A DNA stretch of 64,000 nt, from NCBI GenBank assembly GCA_951406725.2, contig OX597831.1:79856001-79920000 (forward strand). The letters run 5' to 3'. Every line of letters begins with the position of its first letter. Position 1 is the first letter of the stretch. The DNA comes from Octopus vulgaris. Taxonomy: Eukaryota. Made by a program: the position numbers and the translations under genes. A model generated the notes under the pieces. The model ran no database searches, was not told where the DNA came from, and saw only the letters and a list, made by a program, of their open reading frames with translations. This document shows positions 12,423-27,546 of this stretch, one piece after another.

Positions 12423-12471
12423 GAAAGTCACCTCACCTATATACATGTATGTGTGTATGAATGCGTGCATA

Positions 12472-12518
<47 letters not shown>

Positions 12519-13075
12519 CAGTGTGTGTGTATGTGTTTGTTTACATGCATACAATGATCGATGTGTCGATATATTCGCTGGCACACCAGAAGTGTGATAG
12601 ATCAATATATTACTTCACACGCAGCGAGTGTGATAAACTAAAGCTTAACTCTTGGTTGACATTTGTAAAAAGAAGGTTATCTGTTATTGGATAATTAGTA
12701 TAATTGACCCGGGTACAGGGAAGCGGGGACCGTGGGGTGGACGTAGCGTCGTGCATTCGAGTGGACTAATTGCTAGGAAGGAAATAGCTACATGCTAATC
12801 CTTTGTTGTAGGTTCGAATCTTGTGCCAGGTATTTGTCCTTTTGAACTGCATTTGTTTCATAGGATTATATGCGTAAGCATAATCTGTCTATCTGTCTGT
12901 TTGTCTATCTATCTATGTGTCTGTGTGTCTTTCTGTCTCTCTGTCTGTCTGCCTGTCTATCTATCTATTTATTCATTCATGCAACTAGCTATATATTTAT
13001 CTAACTGTTTATCTGTTTGTCTGTCTATCTGTCTCTCTGTCTTTTTATCTATTCATTCATGCAACTAGCTTTCTA

Positions 13076-13106
<31 letters not shown>

Positions 13107-14227
13107 ATCTATCCATCTATCTATCTATCTATCTATCTATCATCTATCTATCTGTTTGTCTGTCTGTCTATCTATCTATCTGTCTATCTATCTGCTTGTC
13201 TGTCTGTCTATCTATCTATCTGTCTATCTGTCTGTTTGTCTTTCTGTCTGTCTATCTATTCCTCCATGCATCTATCTATCTATCTATCCATCCATCTATC
13301 TATCTACCTATCTATGTCTGTCTGTCAGACTACCTATTTTTCTTTCTGTCTGTCAATCTATCTGTCTATCGGTCTAACTATACATACATACATATATGCG
13401 CGCGCGCGCGTGTGTGTGTACATATGGTTGTACGTCATACATGGTTACAGTCTAGATATATCCATACACACGCACACACGCACACACACACATCTAGATA
13501 GAAAGACAGATAGATAGATAGAGAAAGAGAACCTACATAGGCATGCTCCTTCAGAGTTTATTTGCACCTGAACAACAGCAACGTTACATAACATAGGTAC
13601 ACACTCATATGTGTGTACACACATACACACACACACAAACACACACACATGTGTATACAGGTTCATACATGTCTGTGTGTATGCATGTATGTACGCATGT
13701 ATCGCGTCGACACTGATGTTCAATAACAGCAGCAACAACGGCAACTGAGAGAAATAATTCGGAATTTCTGATCAATACATGTTAAAGCATTTCAAATCGA
13801 TAAATCTCGATTTCTTATTTAAAAACCAAATTATTCGTTCCTAAATCTGCCTCACCGACACCTCTAACACATCCGATAAGAGATTAATGTAATAGAGAGG
13901 GCGCCACTGATGTGATAGGATTACATTTTCAAATAAACAGAAACTAATTAAGGTAAAAAAAGAATATTGAACAAATACAATTGACCGCCATGTTTCAATA
14001 TGGCGCTTGTTATAAATATATTTATTATTTATTTGTAAGAAGCGTTCCATCCGAGGCTAATTTACCAATTTCCTATAATATAGCAGCATATATATATGCA
14101 TATGCATGCACACACATAGACACATACACACACACACACACACACACATACATATATACATATCTCACTCTTTCGCTCTCTCCCCTCTATCTCTCCGACT
14201 CTCCCTCTCCCTCTCTGTCTTTCTCTT

Positions 14228-14625
14228 GGGAGTGGCTATGTGTTAAGTAGCTTGCTTACCAATCACATGGTTCCAGGTTCAGTCCCACTGCGTGGCACCT
14301 TCTGCTATAGCCTCGGGCCGACCAAAGACTTCTGAGTGGATTGGTAGGCGGAAACTGAAAGAAGCCTGTATGTATGTATGTATGTATGTATGTATGTATG
14401 TATGTATGAAAATGTTTGTGTCTCCGTGTTTGACCCCCTATCATCGCTTGACAACCAATGTTGGTGTGTTTATGTCGCCGTAAACTAGCGGTTCGGCAAA
14501 AAAGACCGACAGAATAAGTACTAGGCTTACAAAGAATAAATCCTGGGTTCGATTTGTTCAACTAAAGGCGGTGCTCCAGCATGGCCGCAGTCAAATGACT
14601 GAAACAAAAAATAGAATAAAAAAGA
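14228..14625 (+). mobile_element. SINE family B, near full length
   Basis: tRNA-like head (GGAGTGGCTATGTGTTAAG...GGTTCAGTCCC), internal (TATG)n, tail GGCGGTGCTCCAGCATGGCCGCAGTCAAATGACTGAAAC. Confidence 0.9.
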
Positions 14626-14656
14626 ATATATATATATATGTATGCATGTATGAATA

Positions 14657-14701
<45 letters not shown>

Positions 14702-15288
14702 GTATGCATGTATGTTTGTATGTATGTATGCATGTATGTTTGTATGTATGTATGCATGTATGTTTGTATGCATGTATGTATATATGTATGTATACATGTA
14801 TGTATACATGTATGTATGTCTGCATTTATGTATATATGTATATATGTATGTATGCATGTCTGCATGTATGCATGTATGTATGAATGTATATATGTATGCA
14901 TGTAAGCATGTATGTATGTATGTATGTATGTATATATGTATGTATGTATGTATGTATATATGTATGCATGTATGTATACATGTATGTATATATGTATGCA
15001 TGTATGTATGCATGTATGTATGTATGTATGCATGCATGTATGTATGTATGTATATATGTATGCATGTATGTATACATGTATGTATGTATATATGTATGTA
15101 TGTTTGTATGTATTGTATGTATATATGTATGTATGCATGTATGTATGTATGTATGTATGCATGTATGCATGTATGTATGTATGTATATATGTATGCATGT
15201 ATGTATGTATGTATGTATGCATATATGTATGTATATATGTATGTATGTATATATGTATGTATGTATGTATGTATTGTATGTATGTATG

Positions 15289-15322
<34 letters not shown>

Positions 15323-15437
15323 TGTGTATATGTATATATGTATGCATGTATGTATGCATGTATGTATATATGTATGCATGTATGCATGTATGTATGCACG
15401 TATGTATATATGTATGTATGTATGCATGTATGTATGT
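14626..15437. repeat. (TATG)n / (TGCA)-interrupted tetranucleotide array
   Basis: Direct reading; source of the MYVC/HTYI ORFs. Confidence 0.95.
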
Positions 15438-15744
15438 TGGTTATTTCGTTTCTGTTGAATCGCCATCGGAATAATGGCGTCGTACACAAATGACTTTCAT
15501 ATTAGTATATACATATAGATACATAAGTGGAGAAACAGCTATGTATATATGCATGCGTAAATACATATGTGCATGAATATATAGATGTGTGAATATATGT
15601 GTGTGTGTGAATGTATGGGTATGGAAATGTGTGTGTGTGTACGAGTGTAGTTGCGTATGTTTGTGTCTGTTTCCATTCAATGTGTGTAAATTTGCAGAGA
15701 GATGCGCACGTTTAAGTATTGCACAGTATTCAGTTACTAGTTTC

Positions 15745-15904
15745 ACTCATCTAACTACGGCCATGCTGGAGCACCGCTCTTTTTAGTCGAGCGCTTGTTC
15801 GTGGTAAGCCTTGTACTTATTCTATCGGTATGTTTTGCCGAACCGCTAAGTTACGGGGACGTAAACTCACCAACATCGGTGAAGGGACAAACAAAGACAC
15901 ACAA

Positions 15905-15999
<95 letters not shown>

Positions 16000-16180
16000 C
16001 ACGCACACACATATACGTTGGGCTTCTTTCTGTTTCCGTCTACCAAATCCACTCACTAGGCTTCGGTCGGCCCGAGTCTATCGTAGAAGACACTTGATCA
16101 AGGTGCTACGCAGTGGGACTGAACCCGGAACCATGTGGTTGGTGAGCAAGCATCTTACCAGACAGCCACACCTACGCCTA
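15745..16180 (-). mobile_element. SINE family B
   Basis: GGCCATGCTGGAGCACCGC...GCAGTGGGACTGAACCCGGAACCATGTGGTTGG on + strand. Confidence 0.85.
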
Positions 16181-16251
16181 TACATGCATAAATACGTGTG
16201 TGTGCCTGTTTGTCTGTGTGTATTATTACTAATATATAAGTATGACGATGT

Positions 16252-16630
16252 TGGCGAGGTGGGAGTACCGTTACCGCACCGTACAAAACACTTAGCGGCA
16301 TTTCTTCCGACTGTACGTTGAGTTGAATTTCCACCGACGTCGTCTTTGCTGTTCATCAGATCGAGGATGATAAAATAAATACCAGTTGAACACTGGGGTC
16401 GAGGTCATCGACATACTCTTCCCCGCCGAATCTACTGACCTTATGCCAGAATCTAACACCAGTATTTATGTATGGCGAAGGCGGTGACTGACGGAACCGT
16501 TATCGCGCCGGACAAAAGGCTTAGCGGCGTTTTGTCCCATTCTACGTTGAGTTCAAATTCCGCCGAGGTCGACTATACCTTTCATCCTTCCGAGGTCGAT
16601 AAAATAAGTACCAGATAAGTACTAGGTTCG
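16252..16630 (+). mobile_element. Two tandem SINE family A copies
   Basis: Heads at ~16252 and ~16478, both with CTTAGCGGC, GAGTT.AA.TT and GATAAAATAA.TACCAG. Confidence 0.75.
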
Positions 16631-17403
16631 GTGCATGGTGACTGGTTTGTTTACCAATCACATGGTTCCGGTTTCAGTCCGAATGTGTGTTTCCTTGAAC
16701 AGAGTTGAACCCAGTACCAAGTGGTTGGGAAGGATAGTTTACCACACAGCTACGCCTCATACATTTCCATCATGTTGAACCGTTAACCCTACACATTTTT
16801 TTCTGTCTGTTTTTTTTTCTTTGCTGTTTTTTTTTTCGTTGTCTCTCCATTCTTTTCTTCTCGACCGCGACTCAAAGCGTCAAAGACTTTCCCATTCTTC
16901 CCGAGCGCCAAACTAATACACCGGCTTCTCTTTTTTTTCTCACCTGTCTCTGTCTTTTGTTTTCTGTGCATTTGAACTACATACATACACACATACATAC
17001 ATATACGAATACACGCATACATACATACATGCATACATACATACATACATACATACATACATACATACATACATGCATGCATACATACATACATACATGC
17101 ATACATAGATACATACATGCATACATACATACATACATACATACAATACATACATACATACATGCATACATACATACATACATACATACATGCATACATA
17201 CATACATACATACATACATACATACATTCATACATACATATATACATATATATACAAGCATACAATCATACATGTATACATGCATATATACGTGCATACA
17301 TACATACATGCATACATACATACATACATACATTCATACATACATACATACATACATGTATACATACATACATGCATAGATACATACATGTCTACATACA
17401 TAC

Positions 17404-17434
<31 letters not shown>

Positions 17435-18316
17435 CATACATACATACATAGAAGCACATGTTATATATAGGGTGGAGTAACTCCCGCTAGAATTATTTCT
17501 GTGTTCATCAACACAACCTAACGCGTATAACTGCATCCCTTTTTAATCAAACATTCGATAAACAGGGATCAATAATATAAGAATCAGAGGTCGATATCAT
17601 CGATTACGATCCTTCAAGGCGGTGACACACCATGGCAAAGGGCCAGTAACTAAAACCAGCGTAAGTTTATACAAAATATAAACCAAACATTTTAATGTGA
17701 TGCGTTTATGGTCCTCATAAAGGAATCCGGCGAGCATCTTGAGATTCACTTTTGCTTTCAGAATATCTTACACGATTTTGAGAATAATCTCCAGTGTCTT
17801 AATACACGCTTCAGTTAAGGCATGAACGCCACACCTCCCAGTTCCCTTTCGACCGGCCTGTGAAGCGTACAAATGTTGCAGCATTGGGACGTTCGATTTT
17901 TGCGGTTTTATGGTGTTGGGGATAAGGATGGACTTTTGTGGGAAAGAAGAAAATATTCTTTAGATGTAAATATCCATATTGCATACGAAACATATCATCA
18001 CGAACAGAGGTATATGTAAATGTGGGTGATTGCGTGTGCAGCGAGACGCGTAAATATATAGTTACACATAATATGCATGTGTGTGTGTGTGTGTGTGTCT
18101 TTATGTGTGCGTATGAGCTTATATATATATATATACTCACACACACATATATACTGATGCATGTGCTTACATAATTATAAACATATATTGAGTTTGATAC
18201 ACACATATTGATATATATATATATACAAATGTGTGTGTCTGTATGTATATATATATATACATCTCAATGTATATTCATATCAATATCCCTATATAGATAT
18301 ATCAACATTTGTATCC

Positions 18317-18370
<54 letters not shown>

Positions 18371-18699
18371 GCATATATGTGTATGTGTGTGTACATATAT
18401 ATGCATGCATAGTGTGTATGCATATGTAGGTCTGTGTGTATGCGTGTGTATATATATGTATATAATGTATATATATACATATATGTATATATATATGTAC
18501 ATATATATATATAATATACATATACATATATATATATATACACACACACACACATATATATATATACATAACATACACACACATATATATCTATAGATAC
18601 ATAAGTACATGATGTACAGTACATGTATGTTTGTATGTATATATGTATGTGTGTGGGTATGTAGCTATATATGTATATGTCTGAAAGTGTTTGTGTATG

Positions 18700-18746
<47 letters not shown>

Positions 18747-19035
18747 TATGTATTTATGTATTATTATATGAATATAGGCACACACATCCACACATCTAAA
18801 TAATATCTCATTGGTTTCTCGATACAACCAACCATAAATTAACAAACCTGAAATATAATTACCAAATTCCCTGGTGTTTCACCCTCACGCATAATACACA
18901 ACAATAGAATCATTTTATCTATCAACGCTTTACCAATTACTCACTGATTAGCAATCAAATACGACATACATGTATGCGTATATGCATGCCTGCTATGTCT
19001 GTGCACGTATATCTGTATGTGCACCTATGTACCCA

Positions 19036-19094
<59 letters not shown>

Positions 19095-19195
19095 TGTATG
19101 CATGTATATGGGTGTGACTGCGAGTATATATCTGTACATATCTACATACATGTACATATATATACTATATGTATTCATACATATATATATATATG

Positions 19196-19276
<81 letters not shown>

Positions 19277-19792
19277 ATAAGGTTAAAGATGCGTAAACGT
19301 TACATTTACACTTATACACTCTTTCTCTCCCCCTCTCTCTCTCTCTCACTATCAAAATGTGTGTGTATATATATATATATACATATATATATAGCTGTAA
19401 ATATGTACATATACGTATATATATATGCATATATATTATTTATATTCTCATATGATCGAACACCACGAATCCTCTTCCAAGTATATATATATACATACAT
19501 TTATACTCACACATATATACATATGCGTATAGTAATAACATATATCTATGCGTATGAATATGAACACATATGTATGTATATATGCCATATTTGTATATGT
19601 TAGTATATAGCAACCCACAGCCCCGCAGCCCCCTGCGTCTGCGCTTATTCCCCTACCATTTGCCCCTTATAAATATGTCGGCTGCTCATTCTCTTCCAGC
19701 TCATTACATGGAACTCGTTTTGACCCTTTCCTCTCACTAACCCTTTATCTCGTTTTCACCCTTTCTCTTTCACACACACACACACACACACA

Positions 19793-19829
<37 letters not shown>

Positions 19830-20028
19830 TTTCTCTCTCTCCTTGCCATTCATATGTTTAAGATCAAAAATCAATTAACGTATATACAAAGTAACCGACA
19901 TGCATACATACCTATGAATATCAATATATATATATGTGTGTGTATATACATGTATGTGTATATGTATATATATATATGTATGTATATATACGTACGTATA
20001 TACGAATGCATATATATGTGTGTGTGTA

Positions 20029-20073
<45 letters not shown>

Positions 20074-20285
20074 GGGTGTAGGTGTATATATATATGTATT
20101 CATATTCATGTTCATGTTCGTGCGTTGTGTAAATTTAGTGTGTTTACCCCATGGAGTAATTGCAAAGAAAATGAAGCAATATTGGTTGTGAAAGACTTTC
20201 AAAACGGTTCCATGTATAATTATATTAACCAATTGTTTCGCCATTGCCCATATTCTGCCTATACATGCACACAAGTATGCGTGTA

Positions 20286-20364
<79 letters not shown>

Positions 20365-20541
20365 GTATGTATATATATATATATATCCACGTGTATGTAT
20401 ATATTGTATATATATATATATATATATATCATATATATATATATATATGTATACATACATATATGTATATATATATATATAGATAGATAGATTTTCAAAT
20501 TCATATATATTTACGTGCGTATATGCACAGAGACATATTGC

Positions 20542-20596
<55 letters not shown>

Positions 20597-20646
20597 ATAC
20601 ATACATACATGCATGCATGCACACATCTAAAGTTTTGTATACACAG

Positions 20647-20758
<112 letters not shown>

Positions 20759-20822
20759 TTATATATACGCATATACATATGCATGTATGGATAGATACAT
20801 AGACTGATAGACAGATAGATAC

Positions 20823-20886
<64 letters not shown>

Positions 20887-21384
20887 ATACGCGCACATGC
20901 ACATGCTAACCACACACGTAAACACACACACACAAACACACACACACGCAAACATTCACAAACCCATCGAACCATATCGACTGATATGGGAGGGATTAAG
21001 CTGTAAGCCGTGATACAAAGCTATTTCGGCTCTCTAGACAGTTATAAATCTATTATTAATCATAAATATAATCGATAATGGTTCGATTAGTTACAGGTCA
21101 AATACTGAAAATGGAAAATATCAAATAAAATAATATATCATGAAATAAAACATAAATAAAAATATTTGTGTAGAAAGAATCACAGCAAAAGCCAGACGGA
21201 TAAAGTGCCAAATACAATGGTTTGCATCCATTGTTTCGTATAAATATATCTATGCACACACACACACACTCGCACGCGCACATATATGTGTATGTGTATA
21301 GAAAGAGAGTGAGAGAGAGAGAGAGAGATGCTAGTGCGTGTGTGCGTGTGTTCAGACATTTGTGTATGTATATACATCTGTATA

Positions 21385-21451
<67 letters not shown>

Positions 21452-21473
21452 TGTGTGTGTGTATGTATGTATC

Positions 21474-21520
<47 letters not shown>

Positions 21521-21549
21521 GTATGTATGTATATATTTATATGTATATA

Positions 21550-21591
<42 letters not shown>

Positions 21592-21617
21592 AATATATTT
21601 ATATGTATATATATATG

Positions 21618-21650
<33 letters not shown>

Positions 21651-21816
21651 GTATGTATATATGTGTGTGCATGTGTGTGTGTATGTATGTATATATTATG
21701 TACACATGCATCCTCTTCATATATATAGATATAACGATAGATAGATTGATGTTATACAAACATGTATAACCCTATACATGTATCCACGTATGTATTTACA
21801 TATGAGTGCGTGTGTA

Positions 21817-21854
<38 letters not shown>

Positions 21855-23164
21855 CATATACTTGTATGCGTTTATCTTTACATCTTTGCATTGTTCTTTG
21901 TTTCTTTCCTTCTTTTTTTCTTTACCATTCTCTTCACAGCACGTGTCTTCATTGATTCGAAATTTTCGTTGTTCTTGCTGTTGTTTATTCCCATGCCGTC
22001 CCTCATCAAAGACATTCCAATTGTGACCATCTCTTTTATTTATTTTTATCTTCTAGTGTACCCAACACCTTTTATTATCTAACATCTACCCGCCACCCTC
22101 CGCCAAGTTTTTTCTTACTTCAAAATGATTTTGATGTAATATGAAAGAATTTTAGCTGCTATTTTTAGGATTTTGTAATGGCTTGCAAAGGTGGGGTGGG
22201 GAGCCGAATTGAGACTGGATCGTGGGTAGTGAGTGATGCTGGAAGGAATCTGGAATGTGGTACGTTTTGACAGGGGTGAGGGGGTGTTTCTTGAGAATTC
22301 TGTTGTTATTGCTTTGTTGGTGTTTGTTATTCTTATTATTATTGTTCTTATTATTGATGATGATGATGATAGTTGTGATGTTGTTGTTGTTGGTGGTGGT
22401 GGTGTGGTGATGATGATAGTGAAAGTGTTATGACGATCACGATGATGATGATGATGGTGGTGGTGATGACGGCGGTGGTGATAGTGGTGGTGACGCAGGG
22501 CACGGAGATGCTGCTGCTAATGATGATGATGATGATTGTGGGGACGAATAGCAGGAGAGGAGAAAGAGGAGGAGGAGGAGGAGGAGGAGAGAAAGGGAAG
22601 AAAAAGAAGAAGAAGAAGAAGAAGAAGAAGAAGAAGAAGAAGAAGAAGAAGAAGAAGAGGAAAAGTAGGAGGAGAAGGAAAGGGCTCAACATCGGCGATG
22701 ACGACGAGAAGAGAAACGCTGACAACGACCACGACAAGAAGGGACAGGTCGACGACGACGACGACGATGACGATTCTAATGACACATTGTTCCTTTGATA
22801 AATGTAATATTCGGAGAAGAAAGCTCGGCCATGCGCGTGGCCATTCTTCAGGGCCAGTGAAAAAAGAGAAAAATCATTCTCACCGCGCCCCACACCCTGG
22901 AAAACTGATCTGAATAGTGTCAATAGGGGTACCCAGGTTAAGCTACCCACGATCCAGTGGTGGTATTTGCATTAATTTGTGGTGAAGGATTACATCAACA
23001 GCTCAAGACATGAATACAAACCAGCCGACATACGTCACTCCCACACGGCTTTCTATCGCCCGCATTTCCGTTACAATGTATTGATCCTCTCGAAATTATA
23101 TTGGAGAATTTGACCAAGATGTGCCAGGAATCGAACTCATGTTATTCTATTACGAAAAGTAAAT

Positions 23165-23830
23165 GCGGCAAACTGGCAGAATCGTTAGCACGCCGGACAG
23201 AATGTTTTATGGCATTTCGTCCGTCTTTTACGTTCTGAGTTCAAATTCCGCCCAGGTCTACTTTGCCTTTCATCATTTCAGAAGCAATAAATTAAGTACC
23301 AGTTACGCACTGGGGTCGATACAATCGACTTTATCCTTTTGTCTGTCCTTGTTTGTCCCCTCTATGTTTAGCCCCTTGTGGGCAATAAAGAAATAAGAAT
23401 CGTTAGCACGCCGGACAAAATGTTTTATGGCATTTCGTCCGTCTTTTACGTTCTGAGTTCGAATTCTGCTGAGGTCGATTTTGCCTAACATCATTTCGAG
23501 GTTGAATAAATTAAGTACCAGTGATACACTGGGGTCGATGTAATCGACTTAGACTCCACCCTGAAATTGCTGGCCTTGTGCCAAAATTTGAAACGAATGT
23601 TAAATGAGACGAGAAGGCGTTGAGCTGGCAGAATCGGTAGCGTGCCGAACAAAATGCTTAGCGGCATTTCGTCCGGCATTATGATCTGAGTTTAAATTCC
23701 GCCGAGGTTGACTTTGTCTTTCATCCTTTCAGGATTGATAAAAGAAGTATCAGTTGAGAAATGGGTTCCATGAAATTGACTATTCCCCTCCCCCGAAATT
23801 GCTGGCTTTGTGCCAAAATTTGAAACCAAT
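23165..23830 (+). mobile_element. Head-to-tail cluster of three SINE family A copies
   Basis: Starts at ~23165, ~23397 and ~23615; the first two share AGAATCGTTAGCACGCCGGACA.AATGTTTTATGGCATTTCGTCCGTC. Confidence 0.9.
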
Positions 23831-23867
23831 TTATTACGAAAGGTGATGCTTTAATCACACATTTATA

Positions 23868-24020
23868 GGATCGTAGTCAAGTGCTGAAGGTCCTCGACTC
23901 ACGATCATAAAGGTATTAGGTTCGCTCCCTGGTCTGAGCCGAGCTGCACTTTGTGTCCTTGAGCATGGTACTTCTCTTCCCATTCCTCCAGTCTACTTTG
24001 CCGCTATGAGTACCAACTGA
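23868..24020 (+). mobile_element. Degenerate tRNA-derived SINE of another family
   Basis: B-box-like GGTTCGCTCCC followed by GTGTCCTTGAGCATGGTACTT...CTCCAGTCTACT...ATGAGTACC central domain. Confidence 0.55.
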
Positions 24021-24965
24021 GTTTTAGTACAGTCTCCTCCTAAGCTTCATCTTTTACATCCTCGATTTTCCGCTGATTAAAAAAAAAAAACTAGACATAA
24101 GTGTCATAAACTACAAAATATAAATATCCACACTATCACACCTGAAACGTACCTGTTATAACTCTTTATCTCGATTTGAATGTACGCGAAGGTATTTAGA
24201 ATGCCCAGACTTATTTCTGGACATGTGCTAAGCACTGATGCTGATCATAGTTTAATCAGTTGGCGGAGGAACAAGGTAAATGCAGTAGAAATAGGTGGGG
24301 GCACAATGGGGCCCCATCTAAGCAGCCCTTCAGAAATTGAACCTCCTTACGATACTACCTGGGAGTTCATGGTATGGAATTCATTCTCATTGCACCGATG
24401 TGATCGCCAATGGCATGTATTTAGTTTAAAATGCAGTAAAAATAGGTGAGGGACCTTAAAAAGATAGACATCCCCTCAGGACATTTCCTGGGATTAGGGG
24501 AGTTTCTGGTATGAGTTTCGTTGTCCTTGCACCAATGATCTAGGAGGAGATAACGAACATAAAAACGTAACAGAGAAATATCAGTCAAATTTATAATAGA
24601 AGAGCGAGAGTGCCTACATTCAATCCTGATTATTCAAGCGTCCGAAAACAATTAGTGTAAACGTTACCAAGCCGTACTCGCTTGCGTGCGACTGCTGAAT
24701 GTATTCGGGGTTATGCAGCCACGCTCCGTTAAGACGTCAAAATGCTGACCATTTCTGTTTTATCTTTTATTTGTTTCATTCAAAAGAATGCGGCCATGCT
24801 GGGGCACCACCTTGGAGAATGTTTAGTCGTGTGACTCGGACGCAGTTCATTTGATACTTACTCTGTCTATTTTGCCTAACCGCTACGATACGGAGATGTA
24901 GACAAACCAACACCGGATGTCAAGCGGTGGTGGGAGATAAACACAGACTCAAAGACACACAAACC

Positions 24966-25023
<58 letters not shown>

Positions 25024-25185
25024 CATATATATATATACATATATATACATATGTATATATATATATATACATACATACACACACACACATATATATATAC
25101 ATATATATATATATGTGTATATATATATACATATATATATATACATATACACACACACACACACATATATATATATGTATATATA

Positions 25186-25241
<56 letters not shown>

Positions 25242-25254
25242 TTTTTTTCAAAAT

Positions 25255-25470
25255 GTAACCTTGTGGATCGTTAGGATTTTTCCCTCCGTCTTCCTTTACT
25301 CTTGAACATTGCTTCGTCTCCTGTTACTGACGAAGAGCTTTGCTTGAAACGTAAAACTGCTTTTGTTTCCTTCCCTGAGCATCTGTTAATACTTTGCATG
25401 TACTACGTGCTATAGCCGTTGTTTTTTCTTGTGTTTTTTTCTTCGTCTTTGTTTTTTGTTTTGGATTAAC
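25255..25470 (+). mobile_element. Short (TA)n-flanked non-coding element carrying a hammerhead motif (25323-25357)
   Basis: CTGACGA-A-GAGC-TTT-GCTT-GAAACGTA; homologous to 34690-34826, 59098-59290 and 40405-40600 (-). Confidence 0.65.
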
Positions 25471-25484
25471 TATATATATATAAG

Positions 25485-25649
25485 GTGCAGGAGTGGTTGT
25501 GTGGTAAGTAGCTTGTTAACCAACCACATGGTTCCGGGTTCAGTCCCACTGCGTGGCATCTTGGGCAAGTGTCTTCTGATATAGCCCTCGAGCCAACCAA
25601 AGACTTGTGAGTGGATTTGGTAGACAGAAACTGAAAGAAGCCTGTCGTA

Positions 25650-25738
<89 letters not shown>

Positions 25739-25940
25739 GTGTGTGTTTGTGTTTGTCCCCCTAGCATTGCTTGACAACCGATGCTGGTGTGTTTACGTCC
25801 CCGTCACTTAGCGGTTCGGCAAAAGAGACCGATAGAATAAGTACTGGGCTTACAAAGAATAAGTCCCGGGGTCGATTTGCTCGACTAAAGGCGGTGCTCC
25901 AGCATGGCTGCAGTCAAATGACTGAAACAAGTAAGAGAGA
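25485..25940 (+). mobile_element. SINE family B, full-length reference copy
   Basis: A/B-box-like head (GTGGTTGTGTGGTAAG...GGTTCAGTCCC), TCTTGGGCAAGTGTC, internal (TA)n(TG)n, hairpin tail CAGTCA-AA-TGACTG. Confidence 0.92.
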
Positions 25941-25994
25941 ATGGAGAATTGCAGTTGTATAAATAATACATTTGTCTGACATAATATATATATA

Positions 25995-26155
25995 CGGCGG
26001 GCATCTTTCAGTTTCTGTCTACCAAATCCACTCACAAGGCATTGGTCGGCCCGGGGGCTATAGCAGAAGACACTTGCCCAAGATGCCACGCAGTGGGACT
26101 GAACCCGGAACCATGTGGTTGGCAAGTAAGATTCTTACCACACAGCCACGCCTGC
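25995..26155 (-). mobile_element. SINE family B, 5' half, inverted relative to its neighbour
   Basis: Reverse complement of 25485-25650. Confidence 0.88.
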
Positions 26156-26231
26156 GGCTATATTTATGAAACAAATCTCTGACCTTTAAAGGAACCCAAT
26201 TTTGTGAAATAAAGAATTAGCTGATCAAACA

Positions 26232-26615
26232 AGACATGGCTGTGTGGTTCAGAAGCTTGCTTTGCAACTATATGGTTTCAGGTTCGGTCCCACTGCACGG
26301 CACATAGAGTGAGCGTATTCTACTATAGCCCCGAACAATGAATTATGAATAACTTTGATAGACGGAAACTGTGTGGAAGCCTTTCTTATGTTTGTATGTT
26401 TGTGTTTTCACATGCTTTTATCCTTCCATCATCGCAAACACACTAACCGCTGGTGGGTTGTTTACGTCTCCGCAACATAACGGTTTGGCAATAATAAGTG
26501 TTAGACTTTAAAAAAAAATAAGATCTGTTCTCTACGTCGATTTTATTCGACTAAATCCTTGAATGCGGTGCCCCAGCATGGCCGCAGTCCAATGACTCAA
26601 ACAAGGTGAAAGAGC
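26232..26615 (+). mobile_element. SINE family B (older copy)
   Basis: ATGGCTGTGTGGTT head; GCGGTGCCCCAGCATGGCCGCAGTCCAATGACT tail. Confidence 0.8.
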
Positions 26616-26994
26616 AAAAAAATCAACCAAACAACAAAACAACCATCCAATAAACAAAGACACCAACGAACCCAGCCAACCAATCAAAAAGAGAATTCAA
26701 TCAAACAAACATAACAACTGACCAATCAGCACGTCGGACACACCTCTCACAGTCGTTAACCAGTTCCAACCAGTTCCAACCAACCAAGTGAATAACTTGA
26801 TGTTGATCAGCCGAGCGTTTTATGGACGTTATTTCGATAAACATCTCTCTTATTACTCAGCCATTATTGTTGATGTTGTTAATGTTGTATAGGGTGTATA
26901 TTGTATGAGACAAACTCCCACCAATGCGCAACCACCACGACTACCACTGCTACTTCTGCTCCTACAGCAGGTTCTGCCACAACCACTGCTACTG

Positions 26995-27036
<42 letters not shown>

Positions 27037-27043
27037 ATACTAA

Positions 27044-27256
<213 letters not shown>

Positions 27257-27348
27257 TAATAACAACAATAATAATAATAATAACAATATTAAGAAGAAGA
27301 AGAATGATGATGATGACGACAACAACAACAACAATAATAATAATAATT

Positions 27349-27546
27349 AAAATAGAAATTAGCAAAATGCGGAACCTGATGACTAAAACAATACCTGTTG
27401 TCATAGGTGCCTTGGGAATGATATCAAAAGGGGCTGATTGCTGCCTAGCTCAGATACCAGGAAACCCCAAAATGGCAGAAATTCAAAAGATAGTGCTCAT
27501 GGGAACTGCTCATATCCTCCGAAAAATACTTTCTATGTAATCTCAA
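27349..27546 (+). mobile_element. Duplicate 3'-terminal ORF fragment of the R4/Dong element
   Basis: KIEISKMRNLMTKTIPVVIGALG...HILRKILSM* is colinear with 30470-30666 with scattered substitutions; abuts (TAA)n on the left. Confidence 0.9.

Noticed and set aside
13537-13567. Possible 31-nt micro-exon on the minus strand (ttcag...gtaggt)
   Set aside because: Splice-like signals alone are common; it is not frame-preserving and has no recognisable peptide.
14527-15493. Long MYVC/HTYI and IYIY ORFs here and throughout the window
   Set aside because: They are translations of (TATG)n and (TA)n repeats, which lack stop codons by composition.
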